Shown: positions 40,166-54,028 of the stretch, in pieces
Position numbering within the stretch: the stretch's first letter is position 1
How the letters are laid out: each line of letters starts with the position of its first letter
Origin: Lama guanicoe
Taxonomy: Eukaryota
DNA length: 64,000 nt
Assembly (NCBI GenBank): GCA_013239625.1
Contig: MU053559.1
Span: 3,660,607 to 3,724,606, forward strand
Direction of reading: 5' to 3'
The notes under the pieces: model-generated
What the model was told of the DNA's origin: nothing
Databases searched by the model: none
The model's input: the letters and a program-made list of their open reading frames with translations, nothing else
Position numbers and translations under genes: made by a program

Positions 40166-40594
40166 TAGAAATGAGCAAGGCAAGGGGGTAGAGAGCCATG
40201 TGGCAGTGGGGGATGGCTATAGGAAACTGGATGATCAGGTTAGGCTTCGCTGAGAAATTGACTTTTAAACAGTGATCTAAATGAAAGGAATGAAGCATGA
40301 TGCGGTTTGGAAGAAGAGCATTCCAGGCAGGAGAAACAGTCAGTGCAAGGCCCAGAGGTGAGGGTATGGTTGGAGTGTTAAAGGCATAGCAAAGGGGCCA
40401 GTTTGGCAGGAGCAACAGTAGCAGAAAGCTAGTGGTAGCAAATGAGATTGGAGAGTCAGACAGGAGCCAGATCACATAGGGAGTCTTCGGCTCTACACAG
40501 TAAAGACTTTGGCTTTTATTATAAGTTTGAAGATAATTCACTGGAGGGTTTCAAGTAGGGGGGGTGGATCTGGCAAATGTTTACGAGAATCAGT

Positions 40595-40962
40595 CTGTAG
40601 TCGGTCCTGCTGCCCTCATTCTCCCAACCCGGAAGTTGGGAGGCTGATGGCTCATGGCGGTGTCCCTTTCGCTGGGCTGAAGAAAGGCACCTGGCCCAAG
40701 ACATGCCCTTCCTAGGAGTAGCCCACATCCCTCTGATGACTGGGCAGTGGGTGCATACAAAGGACTATCCCAGCTGCGGAGCTTCCGTGGGATCAGCCGA
40801 TGCCCCTACTGCAATTGCATCAGAATCCTACTTCACCCTTTGCCCAGCTGTGCGTCTCTCACTCCCTCACAGGTGTTGATCAGAAGGGCACCCTCCAATA
40901 AACTTCGTGCATGCAAATCTCCATCTCAGAGTCGGCTTCTTGGGGAATCCAGCTTGTGACAC
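40595..40962 (+). mobile_element. LTR16-like LTR inside an L2 remnant
   Basis: ccaataaacttcgtgcatgcaaatctccatctcagagtcggcttcttggggaatccagcttgtgaca. Confidence 0.65.
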
Positions 40963-41317
40963 ACCTTGCAGTGGGGAGAGGAGGCTGTTACAGTAGGAAG
41001 AGTGGAAGCACGTGGCTAGCTCAGAGGTCAGCGCAGTTGTCCATGCCAGAGAATCTGAGGGCTTGGTCTAGTATACCAGACAGGGGCTATCTATTAGATA
41101 TCCATGGACATCCAGGTAGAGATGTCGGGTAGACTGTTCACCCTATCTGTTACAGTTTAGGGGAGAAGGTGGGGCTGGTGATATAACTTGGGGACCTATG
41201 GGATTGAGAATAGCTAGAGAAATGTCTGAGGGCGAACCCTGAAACATCCAAACATTCCATGTGAAATGTTCAGTATGTATTTGCACAAACAGCTATGATC
41301 CCTAAGAAAGACTACTG

Positions 41318-41445
41318 TGGGAGTAGGGTAGAGCTCAGTGGTAGAGCACACGCTTAGCACACACGAGATCCTGGGTTCAATCCCTAGTACCGCCATTTAA
41401 ATAAATTAATAAATAAACCTAATTACCTCCCCCTCTAAAAAAAAT
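41318..41445 (+). mobile_element. Vic-1-like SINE
   Basis: A and B boxes plus the aataaataaacctaattacctccccc tail. Confidence 0.85.
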
Positions 41446-42826
41446 TTGTTTTTAAATCTCCCTTCAACATTTCTGTTACAGGTTTCTGGAGTTCAGACAC
41501 CTGTTTAAACAATCTGCTGCTGTATTTATGGATTTGTTTATTGTCTGCCACTTGCCAAAGAATTTGAGATGAGATCCAGCAGTACATGTAAATATAGCTA
41601 ATAAAAGAAAACAGAAAATCAAGACTTGTGCTGACAGGAGATGGTGGGTGAGCAGTCAGTGGATGAGGTGAAGGTGGACCAGCAGCTGGCCTTCCCTGGG
41701 TCCAGCTCAATATGACCTTTCATACCCCAGGGAAGGCCAGCTGTGATGTAGGTGGGGAATCTGAGGGACTTCGGCAAGGACAGATTGACCCAGATCTGAA
41801 ATGTTGTTAGTTCATTTTGTTCCACTGCTGAAATATTACATCTGAGAGCCTCTTGAATTGGGCTTTCTCAAAATGCATGCTTATCTCACCAAGAGGATTC
41901 TTGGCACAGCTCACCCTAGTGTGAATGAGCTTCATCAAATTGTGGTCAATCAGGGATGAAGCCTACTCTGAAAATGAATTTCTGGGTAACATCAGCACAG
42001 GGGGACTGCAGGATATTGGGAGACCCAATGAGTCCTCCTTCCCCATGTGTTTCTGGGCTCCTCTTTCTGCCCTCCTCCTTCAAGTCAGCTTTGCCCCAAG
42101 TCTCTCCTTGGTCCTCCTCCTGGTGCACTTCAGTTGGTGACCTTCTCCTGTCCCAAGATCCTGCTGATGTGGGGAAGAGGGTCCCATATATGTCCACTGC
42201 TTCCCCGGGGCCAGCAGGGAGATGCTAAAAGGTACTTTTCATGGCTTGATCGCAGAAAGATGGGTTCTCTATTTGAAAAAGCACTATGAAAACGTGGATG
42301 AGTGAGAGAACTAGAAGAAAGAAAGGTGAGGGAGGAAGGCTGCCATAAGTTCTCTTGGCCTTTTGTCTCCCCAGCTGACTGTGGCCTGAGAATCTTCCCC
42401 TGGGACTTCGACCTGCGGGCAATAATATTTCCTCTGCCTTGGGCATCCTGCCCTGTTGTCAGCCTAGAGACTTTCTGCATTTCATCTTCAGCTCTAGAAT
42501 AGCTTTCTTCAGGAAGCCAAGGAATGGAGAGTTGGCTGAGCCCAGTGAGCTCCCCCACCCTCCAGTGAGGCTCAAAGTGCCAATTACACAGAACACCTGG
42601 CTTAGGAGGGTGACCCAGACAGGTGAGTGGGGCAGAACATGGGATCCCAGATGGGGCTGGCAGGTGATTCTCTCGTGGTTCCTTGGAGACTAGTGCAGGT
42701 GGATTCAGGGGTCCAGACCTCAGCAGGGGTATGAAAGGTCATATTGAGCTGGCAGGGTAAGGAGGGTCGGAGATTGGCAGCACCTGTGTTCCAACTAGAT
42801 CCTTGCCTCATAGGGAGACGTGGTGA

Positions 42827-43999
42827 TGTTGCTGGTGATGAGGTTCTGTCTCAGAAAGAATTCTGAGATAAGACACAGAGATTAAGAAAGTAAAGCAGGG
42901 GTTTATTAAGGGATAGATAGTACACTCTCCAGGGGAGAGTGGGCAGGCTCAGGTGAGCAGCTGTGCTGGGTTTCTTTGGCAAGTTGGTTACATAGGGTGT
43001 AAAAATGAATGGGCGGTATATTCATTGGGAAGGGAAGGGTTTGGGGTCATATTCCCTGGTTTCCATCCCAACTCCACCCTCCTGAGGGGAGGAGGGATTT
43101 TTGTCCTTATTTAGTCTGGATTGGAAGTGTCATGGCATCAGTGCATGATGGGTACTTCTAATCTGTAAGGCTAATTTTATTGTAATGAGGGCATAATAAG
43201 CAAAAGGTTACATTTGGACACTAGAGATTCCTGCCTTTTCCCACCTTTCTTTGTTGGCCTCCAGGCCACGTGTCACCCCAGAATATGGCATTTCTTTTGT
43301 TTGTTTGTTTGTTTGTTTTTATTTTTTTTAAACATTTTTACTGAGTTATAGCCATTTTACAATGTTGTGTCAAATTCCAGTGTACAGCACAATTTTTCAG
43401 TTATACATGAACATACATATGTTCATTGTCACATTTTTTTTCACTGTGAGCTACCACAAGATCTTGTATATATTTCCCTGTGCTATACAGTATAATCTTG
43501 TTTTATGTATTCTGCATATGCCTGTCAGTATCTACATATTTTGAACGCCAAGTCTATCCCTTCCCACCTCCTCCCTGGCAACCACAAGTTTGTATTCTGT
43601 GTCTATGAGTCTGTTTCTGTTTTATATTTATGTTCTTTTTTTTTTAGATTCCACATATGAGTGATCTCATATGGTGTTTTTCTTTCTCTTTCTGGCCTCC
43701 TTCACTTAGAATGACATTCTCCAGGGACAACCATTTTGCTGCAAATGGCATTATACTGTCATTTTTATGGCTGAATAGTATTCCATTGTATAAATATACC
43801 ACATCTTCTTTATCCAGTCATTTCTTAACAACTCAGAGGTTCCTGCTTTTCTTTTTCTGCCCAGGGACCCCTGGTGCTTACACGATATATGATTTCCTGC
43901 ATTTGACCCTGTGCCCCTCTCTTTTTTTCCCCCAACTCCTGCCTTTTGGCCTGCAACCCCCTTTCTCTGCTCATGTCTAGCTATCTGCCTGCTCTAACA
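42827..43999 (-). mobile_element. ERV1-like solo LTR interrupted by an L1
   Basis: tgtt...aaca termini, imperfect TSD gtga/gtgc, minus-strand AATAAA at 42902-42907. Confidence 0.65.
43297..43818 (-). mobile_element. Young L1 3' end nested in the LTR
   Basis: (TTTG)n/poly-T tail; TSD catttctt (43289-43296 and 43819-43826). Confidence 0.85.
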
Positions 44000-46578
44000 G
44001 TGCAAACAGGGTAAAGTGCTCAGTTGCTAAGTGCAGACCTCTGGCCCAGGGCTGGGTCTCAGACCCCATCTTCTCACAAAGGGTCGGCGTGAGGGGGCAG
44101 GACAGAGGCTCAGTGCCCAGCGGCCATCAGCAGTCCCCTGGGAATTCTGTGGGAGGCTCAGCTTCTGCTCCTTGTGTGTGGGGCCCTTCCACCTGAACTT
44201 GAAAGTGAGCCCTGCCCTGGATCAAGATTTCCTGTTGTTATTTTCAGCCAAGCCCTCGCCCTCCTCCCTACCCCGAGCCACCCTGGAAACCTAGACTGAG
44301 GATGGCTGGGCCCTGGCGTGGCAAGCCCACCATTTCCCCTGAACATTCTTTGACCACCGAGACTGTCCTATCCTTTCACTTATCCTGGTGATCCCCTACC
44401 CCAGCTGCCTCTGCCCCAGGAGACGGGATTGCGCCAGGCATGGGCTCCTTCTTTCGGTCTCAGAGGGACTGACCACTGCAGATCCAGTTTTCCTGGACAT
44501 TAATCCATGAAAGATGTTATCTGCCAAGTGCTTGAAAGCACCCACCCGATGTTAAACCATGCTTGTATTGCCCCAATGCTGTCTTCTGTTTACCTAACCA
44601 GGAATTTCTACCGTAGACAGATTCACGTATGTGCTTGGGAGTGGGGGTGCAGAGGGCCAGGGAGAAGTTTGGCCCAACTTTAAGAAGCCAGAGGTGCCCT
44701 TCCTGGGGGTGCCCTGGGTCAATCCCAGCCCTGGAAGTGAGCTGAGGCAAGACTGGATTTGTTCCTTTCTGTGCTTGTTCATTTTAATTTGTTAGTTTTG
44801 TCTTTCAGCCAGATACCCAGCTTCCCCTCAAGACTAGGCATGTCATAAATGATCGAGTGAAATAAATAACGAATAAATGCTTCTCTCTTGGATTCCAATT
44901 TAAACCCAAGGAGCCCTGGTGAGATCTGAGGCCTGGTCTTGTCAATTATTTCTTCCAGACTGACCTCCAGTTACTAATTGGCTCATTTAAATTCCTTCTT
45001 TTGAGGGCACGTTACAATGGAAGTAAAATAATTAAAGAGCAGCAAACTTGAATTTGTGGTTGGATACGTTTGAAGCTATGTCATTAGCATTCTGATACTG
45101 GGCACCATATGAAATTGTGGTCCAGGGAAATGACTGGCTTTTAATTTTTCCCCTGCAAATGATGTTTCATAGTAAAATCTGCATATTAATGCTGATCCTT
45201 GATCATATCATGCAGAAAACAAAATGATTGCGTTGTATGGCATTTTTGGAAAGTGGATAAGTTTACTCCATGCCTGGAAGTGAGGAGCCTGAGGGCTCCA
45301 GCCACACAAGACCCCATCCATCTGCCCAGAGGGCTGATGGCCTCCAGATCTCCACACAAGTAGAACCCACTTAGAGTGGGGCCTATCATTTGGGGGAGAC
45401 ATTAAGCATCATTTAAACAAATCTGTAATTTTAAATCTTTATGGAGGGAAAGTAAAGAAGATGATAAGAAATTCTGATGGAGAATTCATTGCGGGGGAGG
45501 GATTGTCAGGAAGGGCACCTCTGAGGAAGTGGTATTTCATCAGTGACCTCAAGAATTTAGCCAAGTGAGGAATGGAGAAAAGAACCTTCCAGGGAGAGGA
45601 CACTGAGACAGAAAAGGGCCGGATAGGTCTGAGGATTTATAAGCAGAACTAGATGGCTGGAAGGTTCTGAGGGAGAGGGGAGTGGCTCTAGGCGGAGGTA
45701 GAGGAGCAGGCAGGGGATAGAACATGCAAGGCCTTGGGAGCTGTAGGATATCACATCCAAAGTGCAACAGCAGCTCTTGGAGGGATGTAGCCTCCGATTG
45801 ACACGATCAGATTCGCCTTTTCGAAAAATCACTCAGGCTACTGGGTGGTGTGGTGGAAAAAAAAAAAACAACAAAGAAAGCAGGGCATTTTGATAGGAGG
45901 AGAGTAACTAGCGAGGTGATAGTGGAAGGGAGAGGTACTCCAAGATTATTATTTTTAGAAGCAGTTGTCACAATAGACCACAAACTGTCATTGAATCTTC
46001 ATTTTTGTTTTCAAGGCTAACTTTTTATTGTTACTAATAGCTTCACTTGCCTTCTCCTATTGACTGCTTAGAACAGGTGAAGAGCGCCACTTAACAGATG
46101 GGAAAATATACACTCAATACCGAGATTCAAACCCAGATCTAGCTAGCTCCAGAGACCTGAGCTCTTACCATGTATGCTCTCCTACAAAAGAGGGTGAATT
46201 AACAAAGAATCTGTTTCCAAAGGAAATTCTTAGTGCTAAATGAATCAAGATATACATGTAGGAGTAATAAGTATTCTCAGTTCCGTGTTAAATCTAAGAA
46301 CTGAAACCAACATACTTTCCTGTCCCTGAGCCACACAATACAGGAACCAGTCAAAATAACTTGGTGACTTGCTCCAGGAAACACTTGCTCCCAGAATACA
46401 AAACTTTGAACCAACAAAAATAGATTATTTATTGATACTCACAGCTTGCTCAACAAGACTCACTTCAAGACCCCCACCCCATTATGCCTACCAATCCTAC
46501 GTTATTACATCAGAGATGCTGCCAGTCTTAACCAGTTTCCTGCCTTTCAAGACTGGCCTTAAAAATCACCCACCCTAG

Positions 46579-46801
46579 AATGGTGAAGCCACTATGGAAA
46601 ATAGTATGGAGATTCCTTAAAAAACTAAAAATAGAGTTACTATAAGATCCAGCAATCCCACCCCTGGACATGTATCTGGAGAAAACTCTAAAAAGATATA
46701 TGCACCCCAAGGTTCATAGAAGCACTATATACAATAGTCAAGAGCAACCTAAATGTTTATTGATACTGATGAGTGGATAAAGAAATTGTGAGATAGACAG
46801 A

Positions 46802-46849
<48 letters not shown>

Positions 46850-47303
46850 GGAATACTACTCAGCCATAAAAAAGAATAAAATAATGTCATTTGCAGCAAC
46901 ATGGATGGACCTGGAGATTGTTATACTAAATGAAGTAAGCCAGAAAGAGAAAGAAAAATACCATATGATATCACTTATATGTAGAATCTAAAAAAATGAC
47001 ACAAATAAACTTATTTACAAAACAGAAACAGACTCACAGACATAGAAAACAAACTTATGGTTACCGGGGGGGAAAGGAGGTGGGGAGGAATAAATTGGGA
47101 GTTTGAGATTTGCAGATACTACTATATATAAAACAGATAAACAACGAAGTCCTACTGTATAACATGGGGAACTATATTCAATACCTTGTAATCGCCTATA
47201 ATGAGAAAGAATATGAAAAAGAATATATATGTGTATAACTGAATCACTATGCTGTACACCAGAAATTAACACATTGTAAGTTGACTATACTTCAATAAAA
47301 AAG
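46579..47303 (+). mobile_element. L1 3' end
   Basis: gccactatggaaaatagtatggagattcctt ... cttcaataaaaa; TSD-like cacccaccc. Confidence 0.85.
46805..46846. repeat. (CA)n microsatellite, about 21 units
   Basis: Uninterrupted acacac run inside the L1. Confidence 0.95.
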
Positions 47304-47934
47304 AACACCCACCCCGAGTTGAAACCTATAAACACTATAAACCTATAAACCCTGCCCTGATTTCTCCACTTTGAGACACTGCTAAGACTCTGTCAATGTG
47401 ATATTCTCCCTTACAGCAGTGAGTCTAATAAATTTAGCTTTACTTGATTGACATGTTTTCCAGTGGTCTTTTGGGAGGCCAGTTGTTGACAAATGTCTGG
47501 TAGGATACTTTACTTTGAGGCTCTGCTGCCTAAAGGGAGGTCTGAGAATGTTTTTATAAGAGCATAGTATTTAGTTCTATACTGATATGAAAGATTTGGA
47601 TTAGAGAATAGGAATTTATTTGGATCAGAGGATAGAAATTTCTGTTCTCTAGTTTATTAAAGGTGCAAAATTGGAGTCTAGTTTTGTGCTTATGTAAGGC
47701 AAATACATTTGCTGCTCAGGATCACAAAGTCCAATCTTTTTGTATCTAGAAGGCAAAACCGAGAAATGACTATGTTCAGGTATATGTGTGGCGGTGCAGG
47801 GAATGAGGGCACTGGTTTTTAAATCATTAAAAGCTCTACTTATTGCCCCAAATGCAGGTGCCTGAAATAGCAGAAATTTGAGGACAGGCCAATAATGGCC
47901 TTTAATTCTTAGTTTTCAAGAACTTCAAGGCCCA

Positions 47935-48403
47935 TGCAGTAGGCTGAACAATGGCCCTGGCAAAGATATTCACGTCCTAACCTCAGAATCTATGAATGTA
48001 TTACTTACATGGCAATAGGGACTTTGCTGATGTGATTAAGGAGAGTAAAATAGGGAGATTGTCCTGGATTATCCAAGTGGGCTCAGTGTAACCATAAATG
48101 TCCCATAAGATGAAGGCAGGAGGGTCAAAGTGAGAAGGAGGTGATGCGTCTATGGTAGCAAGAAATCGGAGTGATGTGACCATGTGCTAAGGAATGCTGG
48201 CGACCTCCAGAAGCTGGAAGAGGCAAGGAATGGATTCTCCCCTGGGGCCTCCAGAATGAACCAGCTTGGTTGACACCTTGACTTCAGCCCTGTAAGATTC
48301 ATTTCAAACTTTTGACTTCCAGAACTGTAAGATAATATGTTTGTGTTGTTTTAAGCCACAAAATTTGTGGTCATTTATTACAGGTGCAATAGGAAACTCA
48401 TGC
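47935..48403 (+). mobile_element. MLT1C/D-like MaLR LTR
   Basis: aggctgaacaatggcc ... agggactttgctgatgtgattaag ... aataggaaactcatgca. Confidence 0.75.
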
Positions 48404-49710
48404 AGCCCATATAATTAAAACAGCTGACACAGCAAAGGTATTCATGATGGTCGTGAGAGAAGCTGATTCGCCCTCACTCCCTTTGGCCTGTCTGAATTGG
48501 CCCCACTGTCCAGTGAATTAGCCTTCAAGGTGCACACTCTGGCCTGCTCTGCACAGTCCAGCAGCAGCAGATGGGCCCCACACCTGCATCTCCCATGTCC
48601 CTTGGTTGATGCTGATACATTGCCCCATTGTAGTGGGGCAAGTGGAACTCCTTTTCTCATTTTCTTAATAAAATCAAATTCACCGCTAGACCTATGTGTC
48701 TATCCAGTTCAGGGTGCATGGTTTATCAGCTTAGATGTTGGTCTTTTCAGGGCAAAGTGTTTGAGGTTCTTTTCTTAATTCCACTAAGATCCCATAAAGT
48801 GAAACTACAGGACTCATGGGCACTGTTTAAGATATCAGGCACTATTAGCCATATATTTTCTGAATTCATATAGCCCAGAATAAAATAGACTGCTTAGGGG
48901 GAACTCCAAGGTGGTCCCAGTACAATGTAGTGTGTAGTCACAATTTTTACTCCCAATGCTTAAAGAGTAGTAGATTTTTGCACCAAATGACTCTAAGTCA
49001 AACTTCCTAAAAACCCTCCTTAAATGTTCTGTCTCCCTAAACTGTCAAGGCAGCCTTTTGAAAATGCCTTCTCCCTCACTGCACTCCATAGCCCCAAGTT
49101 GATTTTCTGAAATTTTCTCTCCTCCTGCTTTTCCCAGATTAGGTCCCTGCCCAGCTTAAGGTACAAGCGATTCCACATTTCTCAGCTCCCACCAATGTTC
49201 TCCCACACCCATGACCGAGATGGACACGACAGAGGCTGAAGAACCGAGTAGTTCTTAACAAAAAACATCTCACCGGGAGATTAAGGTGGTGAGAAGGCTG
49301 TGGATATCAGATGTTAATATTTTTTGATCCATGTCGCAACTGGAAAGTAAGAGAACCACCAGCGAATGTGTTTGGAGGAAATTCTGGGTGGAGGTAACGC
49401 CTCTTCATTTCCTGAAGGATGAAACTGTCTTAAATGCTTTAGGATTTCCTTTGGAAGGAAACAGCAGTGTTTGGCCAGAAGATGGCACTCTTTTAAAACA
49501 AATTTCGGCCGCCCCTTTGCACAGGGGGCTAGGAGACAGTGAGTCCTAGTTGTTAAATATCTCAGAGTGCAGAGAAGGGCCCAGTAGAGGGGGACAGAAT
49601 ATGACTAAAAGGCTGAACCACAGTCAACGGAGGAAAAGGGATTTGACTTAACGTTCAGCATTTTTTGATGATGCTTTTTGTGGTTTTCTTTACTGTTTAG
49701 CCGTGCCATT

Positions 49711-50047
49711 TGTGATGGTCCGAATGTTTGCATCCTCCCAAAATTCATGCTGAAATTCTAACCCCACAGTTCTTAAGAGGTGGGGCCTTTGGAAGGTGAG
49801 TAGGTCATGAGGGTGGATCCTTCGTGAACGGAATGAGTCCTCTTATACAGAGGCCCCGCAGAGATCCTCTCCCCTTCCTTCACGGGAGGGTACAGCGAGA
49901 AGTCTCTGAACCAGAATGCTGGCCCTTACCGTACATTGAATCTGCCTGTGCCTTGATCTTGGACTTCCCAGAGAAATAAATTCTTGCTGTTTATAAGTCA
50001 CCCAGTTTATGGGCTTTTTGTTATAGCAGCCCAAACAAACTAAGATA
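49711..50047 (+). mobile_element. MLT1A-like MaLR LTR
   Basis: tgtgatggtccgaatgtttgcatcctcccaaaattcatg ... gcagcccaaacaaactaagata. Confidence 0.8.
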
Positions 50048-50450
50048 CCATCTCATTGTTATTTATTTCCTTTCTCTGCCCTATGCCGTGTCCTTCCCGA
50101 CTTGCTGCACAGCGACGCTTATAGAGGTTTGAGGACAGATCCTAGAAACCTCCCCCTAAATCTCATGTACTTCTGGAAACTGCCCTGCATCTCATGCTTT
50201 GCTGTCATAGCACTGACCAGAGCCATAATGAATGTGTTGCTTGGTGTCTACAGTAGACTTTATGCTCCACATGGCGGGCTCTATTTTGTTCACTGCTAAA
50301 TCTCAGCATGGTTCCTACCAGCACATCATAGGTGCTCAAAAAGTACGTGTTAAATGACTGTAAGAATTGAAGGCAGTTAACTGCTCACAAAATGTCAAAA
50401 GTGCCTTCTTTCTGCTTGTATTTTAAAACGTTGATTGATAATAACTGATA

Positions 50451-50794
50451 TAGTCAGCCCTCTGTATCCACAGTTTCCACATCCGTGGATTCGACCATCC
50501 CTGGGTTGAAAATATGTGAGACAAAAATTCCATTAAGTTCCAAAAAGCAAAACTTGAATTTGCTACACACCAGCAACTATTAACATAGCATTTGCACTGT
50601 ATTTATAACTATTTACATATTTACATTGTATTAGGTATTATAAGTAACTTAGAGATGATTTAAAGTATACAGGAGGATGTGCATAGGTTATATGCAAATG
50701 CTATGCTATCTCATACAAGGGACTTGAGCATCTGTGATTTTGGTATCTGAGGGGGTCCTGGGACCAATTCCCCATAGGTACTGAGGGACAACTG
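50451..50794 (-). mobile_element. MER2-like (Tigger/Tc1-mariner) MITE
   Basis: Terminal inverted repeats (tagtcagccctc / gagggacaactg) flanked by TA; 344 bp. Confidence 0.8.
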
Positions 50795-50948
50795 TACTTA
50801 CTGAGTGCTTGCTCTGCTAAGCCCTTTCCTGCACAATCTCACTTTTCCCATCAATTCTGTAAGGCAGGTACTCTGAGTCAGAGTAAATGACACAAGTTTC
50901 GGGGACACCCTATTCACTTTGGTGGTATCAACCTATCAAGATTCTCAT

Positions 50949-51723
50949 TGGAGATTCCTCAAAAGACTAGGAATAGACTTACCGTATGACCCAGGAATCC
51001 CACTCCTGGGCTTATATCCAGAAGGAACCCTACTTCAGGATGACATCTGCACCCCAATGTTCATAACAGCACTATTTACAATAACCAAAACATGGAAAAA
51101 GCCTAAATGTCCATCAACAGGTGACTGGATAAAGAAGAAGTGGTATATTTATACAATGGAATACTACTCAGCCATAAAAACCGACAACATAATGCCATTT
51201 GCAGCAACATGGATGTTCCTGGAGAATGTCATTCTAAGTGAAGTAAGCCAGAAAGAGAAAGAAAAATACCATATGAGATCGCTCATATGTGGAATCTAAA
51301 AAACAAAAACAAAAATAAACAAACAACAAAAAACAAAGCATAAATACAAAACAGAAATAGGCTCATAGACAGAATACAAACTTGTGGTTGCCAAGGGGGT
51401 GGAGGGTGGGAAGGGATAGATGGGATTTCAAAATTGTAGAACAGATAAACAAGATTATACTGTAGAGCACAGGGAAATATACATAAAATCTTATGGTAGC
51501 TCACAGAGAAAAAAATGTGACAATGAATATATGTATGTTCATGTATAACTGAAAAATTGTGCTGAACACTGGAATTTGACACAACATTGTAAAATGATTA
51601 TAAATCAATAAAAAGTGTTTAAAAAAAAGACTTATATTTTGGGAGAATGCTCCCAAGTGCTCTAAACTTTGTGGATCAAATCTGCCCTAAAATAAACTGA
51701 TATAAATTCTAGGGAAAAAAAAA
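50949..51723 (+). mobile_element. Young L1 3' end with a 3'-transduced segment
   Basis: ORF2 C-terminus in ORF 50919..51299; two A-tracts (51621 and 51715); TSD aagattctcat (50938-50948 and 51724-51734). Confidence 0.88.
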
Positions 51724-53204
51724 AAGATTCTCATCGTGTTGCTCTTTGGACCTTTAAGCACTGCCCCTATGCCCCTTCTCTTCTTGCTCCCCTCAGCATA
51801 CACCCTCGCCACTACACTCATCCACCATTTCACCTATGATTTTGCCTGTGGATCTTGGTGGTTCTTGGAAGGTGTCTGAGGCTCATTAATATGCAAACTT
51901 GGCTCCCACTGAGGCGTGACTGTAAAGGAGTGTGTATAATAGTCTTGTGTGGGTCAGACATGCATTGGGTGGTGTCTGGCTTGAGTGGTCCACTACCATC
52001 CACCTTGAAGGAAGTTCCTCAAGCCAACTTTTTCACAAGGCCCCAAAGCTGCCTTCAGAAACCTGGCTCCAGGCTAAGACAACCAGTTCACACCAGCTGT
52101 CACCTTGAGACTTACCTTCAAATTCAGAAGATAATGGCCTTGGTCAAGGAAGGGAACCGAACCCTACATTCCAATAGCAGAAGAGGTATTGTTAATATTA
52201 CCCAATACCTTCCTTTGTTTCCATCCTGTTCCTCCAGTGTCTCAGCCAGCTTCTCCAGGTTAAGGGATGTGGCTTGCATTTTTAACATCACCTCTGTGTA
52301 AAGGGGGCAATATGGCTTTAAAAAGTTAATCCATTCAATGTTGACGTGCTGCTGAGATGAAATGCTGACAAAAGAGCAACGATTTCTATCTTCCTGCGAG
52401 GGTGCAGGCTTTCCAATAAAGTTTGGCACTGCTCCTATCAATCATGATGCTGACACAGCCGGAGATAAGCATTGCCTGGGGAAGGGCTGCTGGAATGGCT
52501 CTTTCGTGAGAGAGATTTCTGGTCTAAGAAGGCTTTTTTCTGCCTCCCACCCACCCTGCTTTTTTGCCCTTAACCAGGCCTTTCTTATCTGCTCCTGGTA
52601 GTTTTACAAAATGGTTGCTGGTTTTGGTACTCCTTTCTCAGAAAATCAAAGGCATCCAAAATAATTTGTCATTTATGTGATGTAAAACCAAACCTTGCAT
52701 TTATTTATTAGAGACTTGAGGACAATTTGGACATGTGAGCAAAGCCTTCATATGTGTTTTGCTTGATTAGGAATCTCTTAAAGGAATCTGAATATAAATG
52801 TTCTTCTGAGGAGCAGATACTTCCCAGGTCAGCCACAGTCCCCACTACTCCCTAATGTCTCATGCCTGCTGCTGTTCATTTTTAGCTGCCTGACTCATGA
52901 AGACATTGGATCTGGGACTCCTGTTTGTAAATGTACATTTCCCCTCACCTCCTTTAATCTTCCTATTAGTAACCTGTAGAGAGGGTTCCTTCAGGAGACA
53001 GAGAAATGATTTCCATTTCCAGAGTAGCTTCCAATGTGGATTTTTTTTTCTTCCACATAAAGAATAGTGCAGAAATACAACCTTCTAAAAGCAGTTTCCT
53101 TATCTAACAGGGATAGGTTTAGAGATAGCTCCATTTTATCTGTAAAACCAAAGCTCAAGTCCATGACATCTTTTACATGACAAAGGGCAACTCTGTATTT
53201 TTGG

Positions 53205-53553
53205 AGGGTGTGAAGTGGATAGTATGGGGGCCCCTCCCTGGACTCCCCAGCTGCTCCCCAGACTGATCTCAGTTCACAGCTGCAGTTCCTCACTCAAGGT
53301 AACACTCCTTCCCAGAGGGCAGCTCATGAAGGGATACAGAGGCCAGACCCCCTGGCCTCCATGGGGGACAATTCTGAAGGGCCTTCCCAGCTCCCCCTTA
53401 GTATCTGCTGAGGCCTCGGCTGCACCTGCTTTGTAGGGCCACTCCTGCCCAAGCCTGCCCGCCTCACCCCCTTATGTGTGTTTCTTAAGAGCCATCCCCA
53501 ATAAATTTTCTGCCCTGACCCTGCATCTGTTTCCAGGAAACCCAACCTAAGAC
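53205..53553 (+). mobile_element. LTR16-like LTR
   Basis: ccccaataaattttctgccctgaccctgcatctgtttccaggaaacccaacctaagaca. Confidence 0.6.
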
Positions 53554-54028
53554 AAGGAGCGAACCAAGATACAGAAAGGTGGAGTGACTTGCCCCTGCCT
53601 TACTGACAAGCAAACACAGATAGAGTGCTGGCCACAAATGCATAAATCACATCATGGTGCCGTAAATAGAATCCTTAGGCGTCATCAAGTGCATCCGCCC
53701 TTTTCCAGATGGGGAGACTGAGGCAGAGAACCAAAGCGATGTGTTCAAGGACTCATAAGCTAATTTGGTGAGAAAGCTTTGATCAAATTTCACATCTTCT
53801 GTGGCCCAGTCAGGCAGACAATATTCTAGCCTTTAATCAGCACCCAGGAAAACTTGAAAAAACATGTCAAACAGAACTTTGAGAATTTCGAGTCAATACC
53901 CAGTGGCTTTTTAAGCCCATCCTCCATGGACAATGCCTCACTGTGACCTCCTGCTGCAAGAAGTCATTTAATCTTCGAACCATCACCTCAATAGAGGAGC
54001 CAGGTCTGAATCAGGGGTGACAGTGTAC

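Larger units (their letters stand above)
46286..47491 (+). mobile_element. Old LTR element interrupted by an L1
   Basis: tg start and ca end; TATA-like ctataaa and aataaa in the 3' part; split by the L1 at 46579-47303. Confidence 0.5.

Noticed and set aside
50919..51299. 126-aa ORF, and the similar ORF at 31635..31985
   Set aside because: C-terminal remnants of L1 ORF2 in 5'-truncated elements, not host genes.
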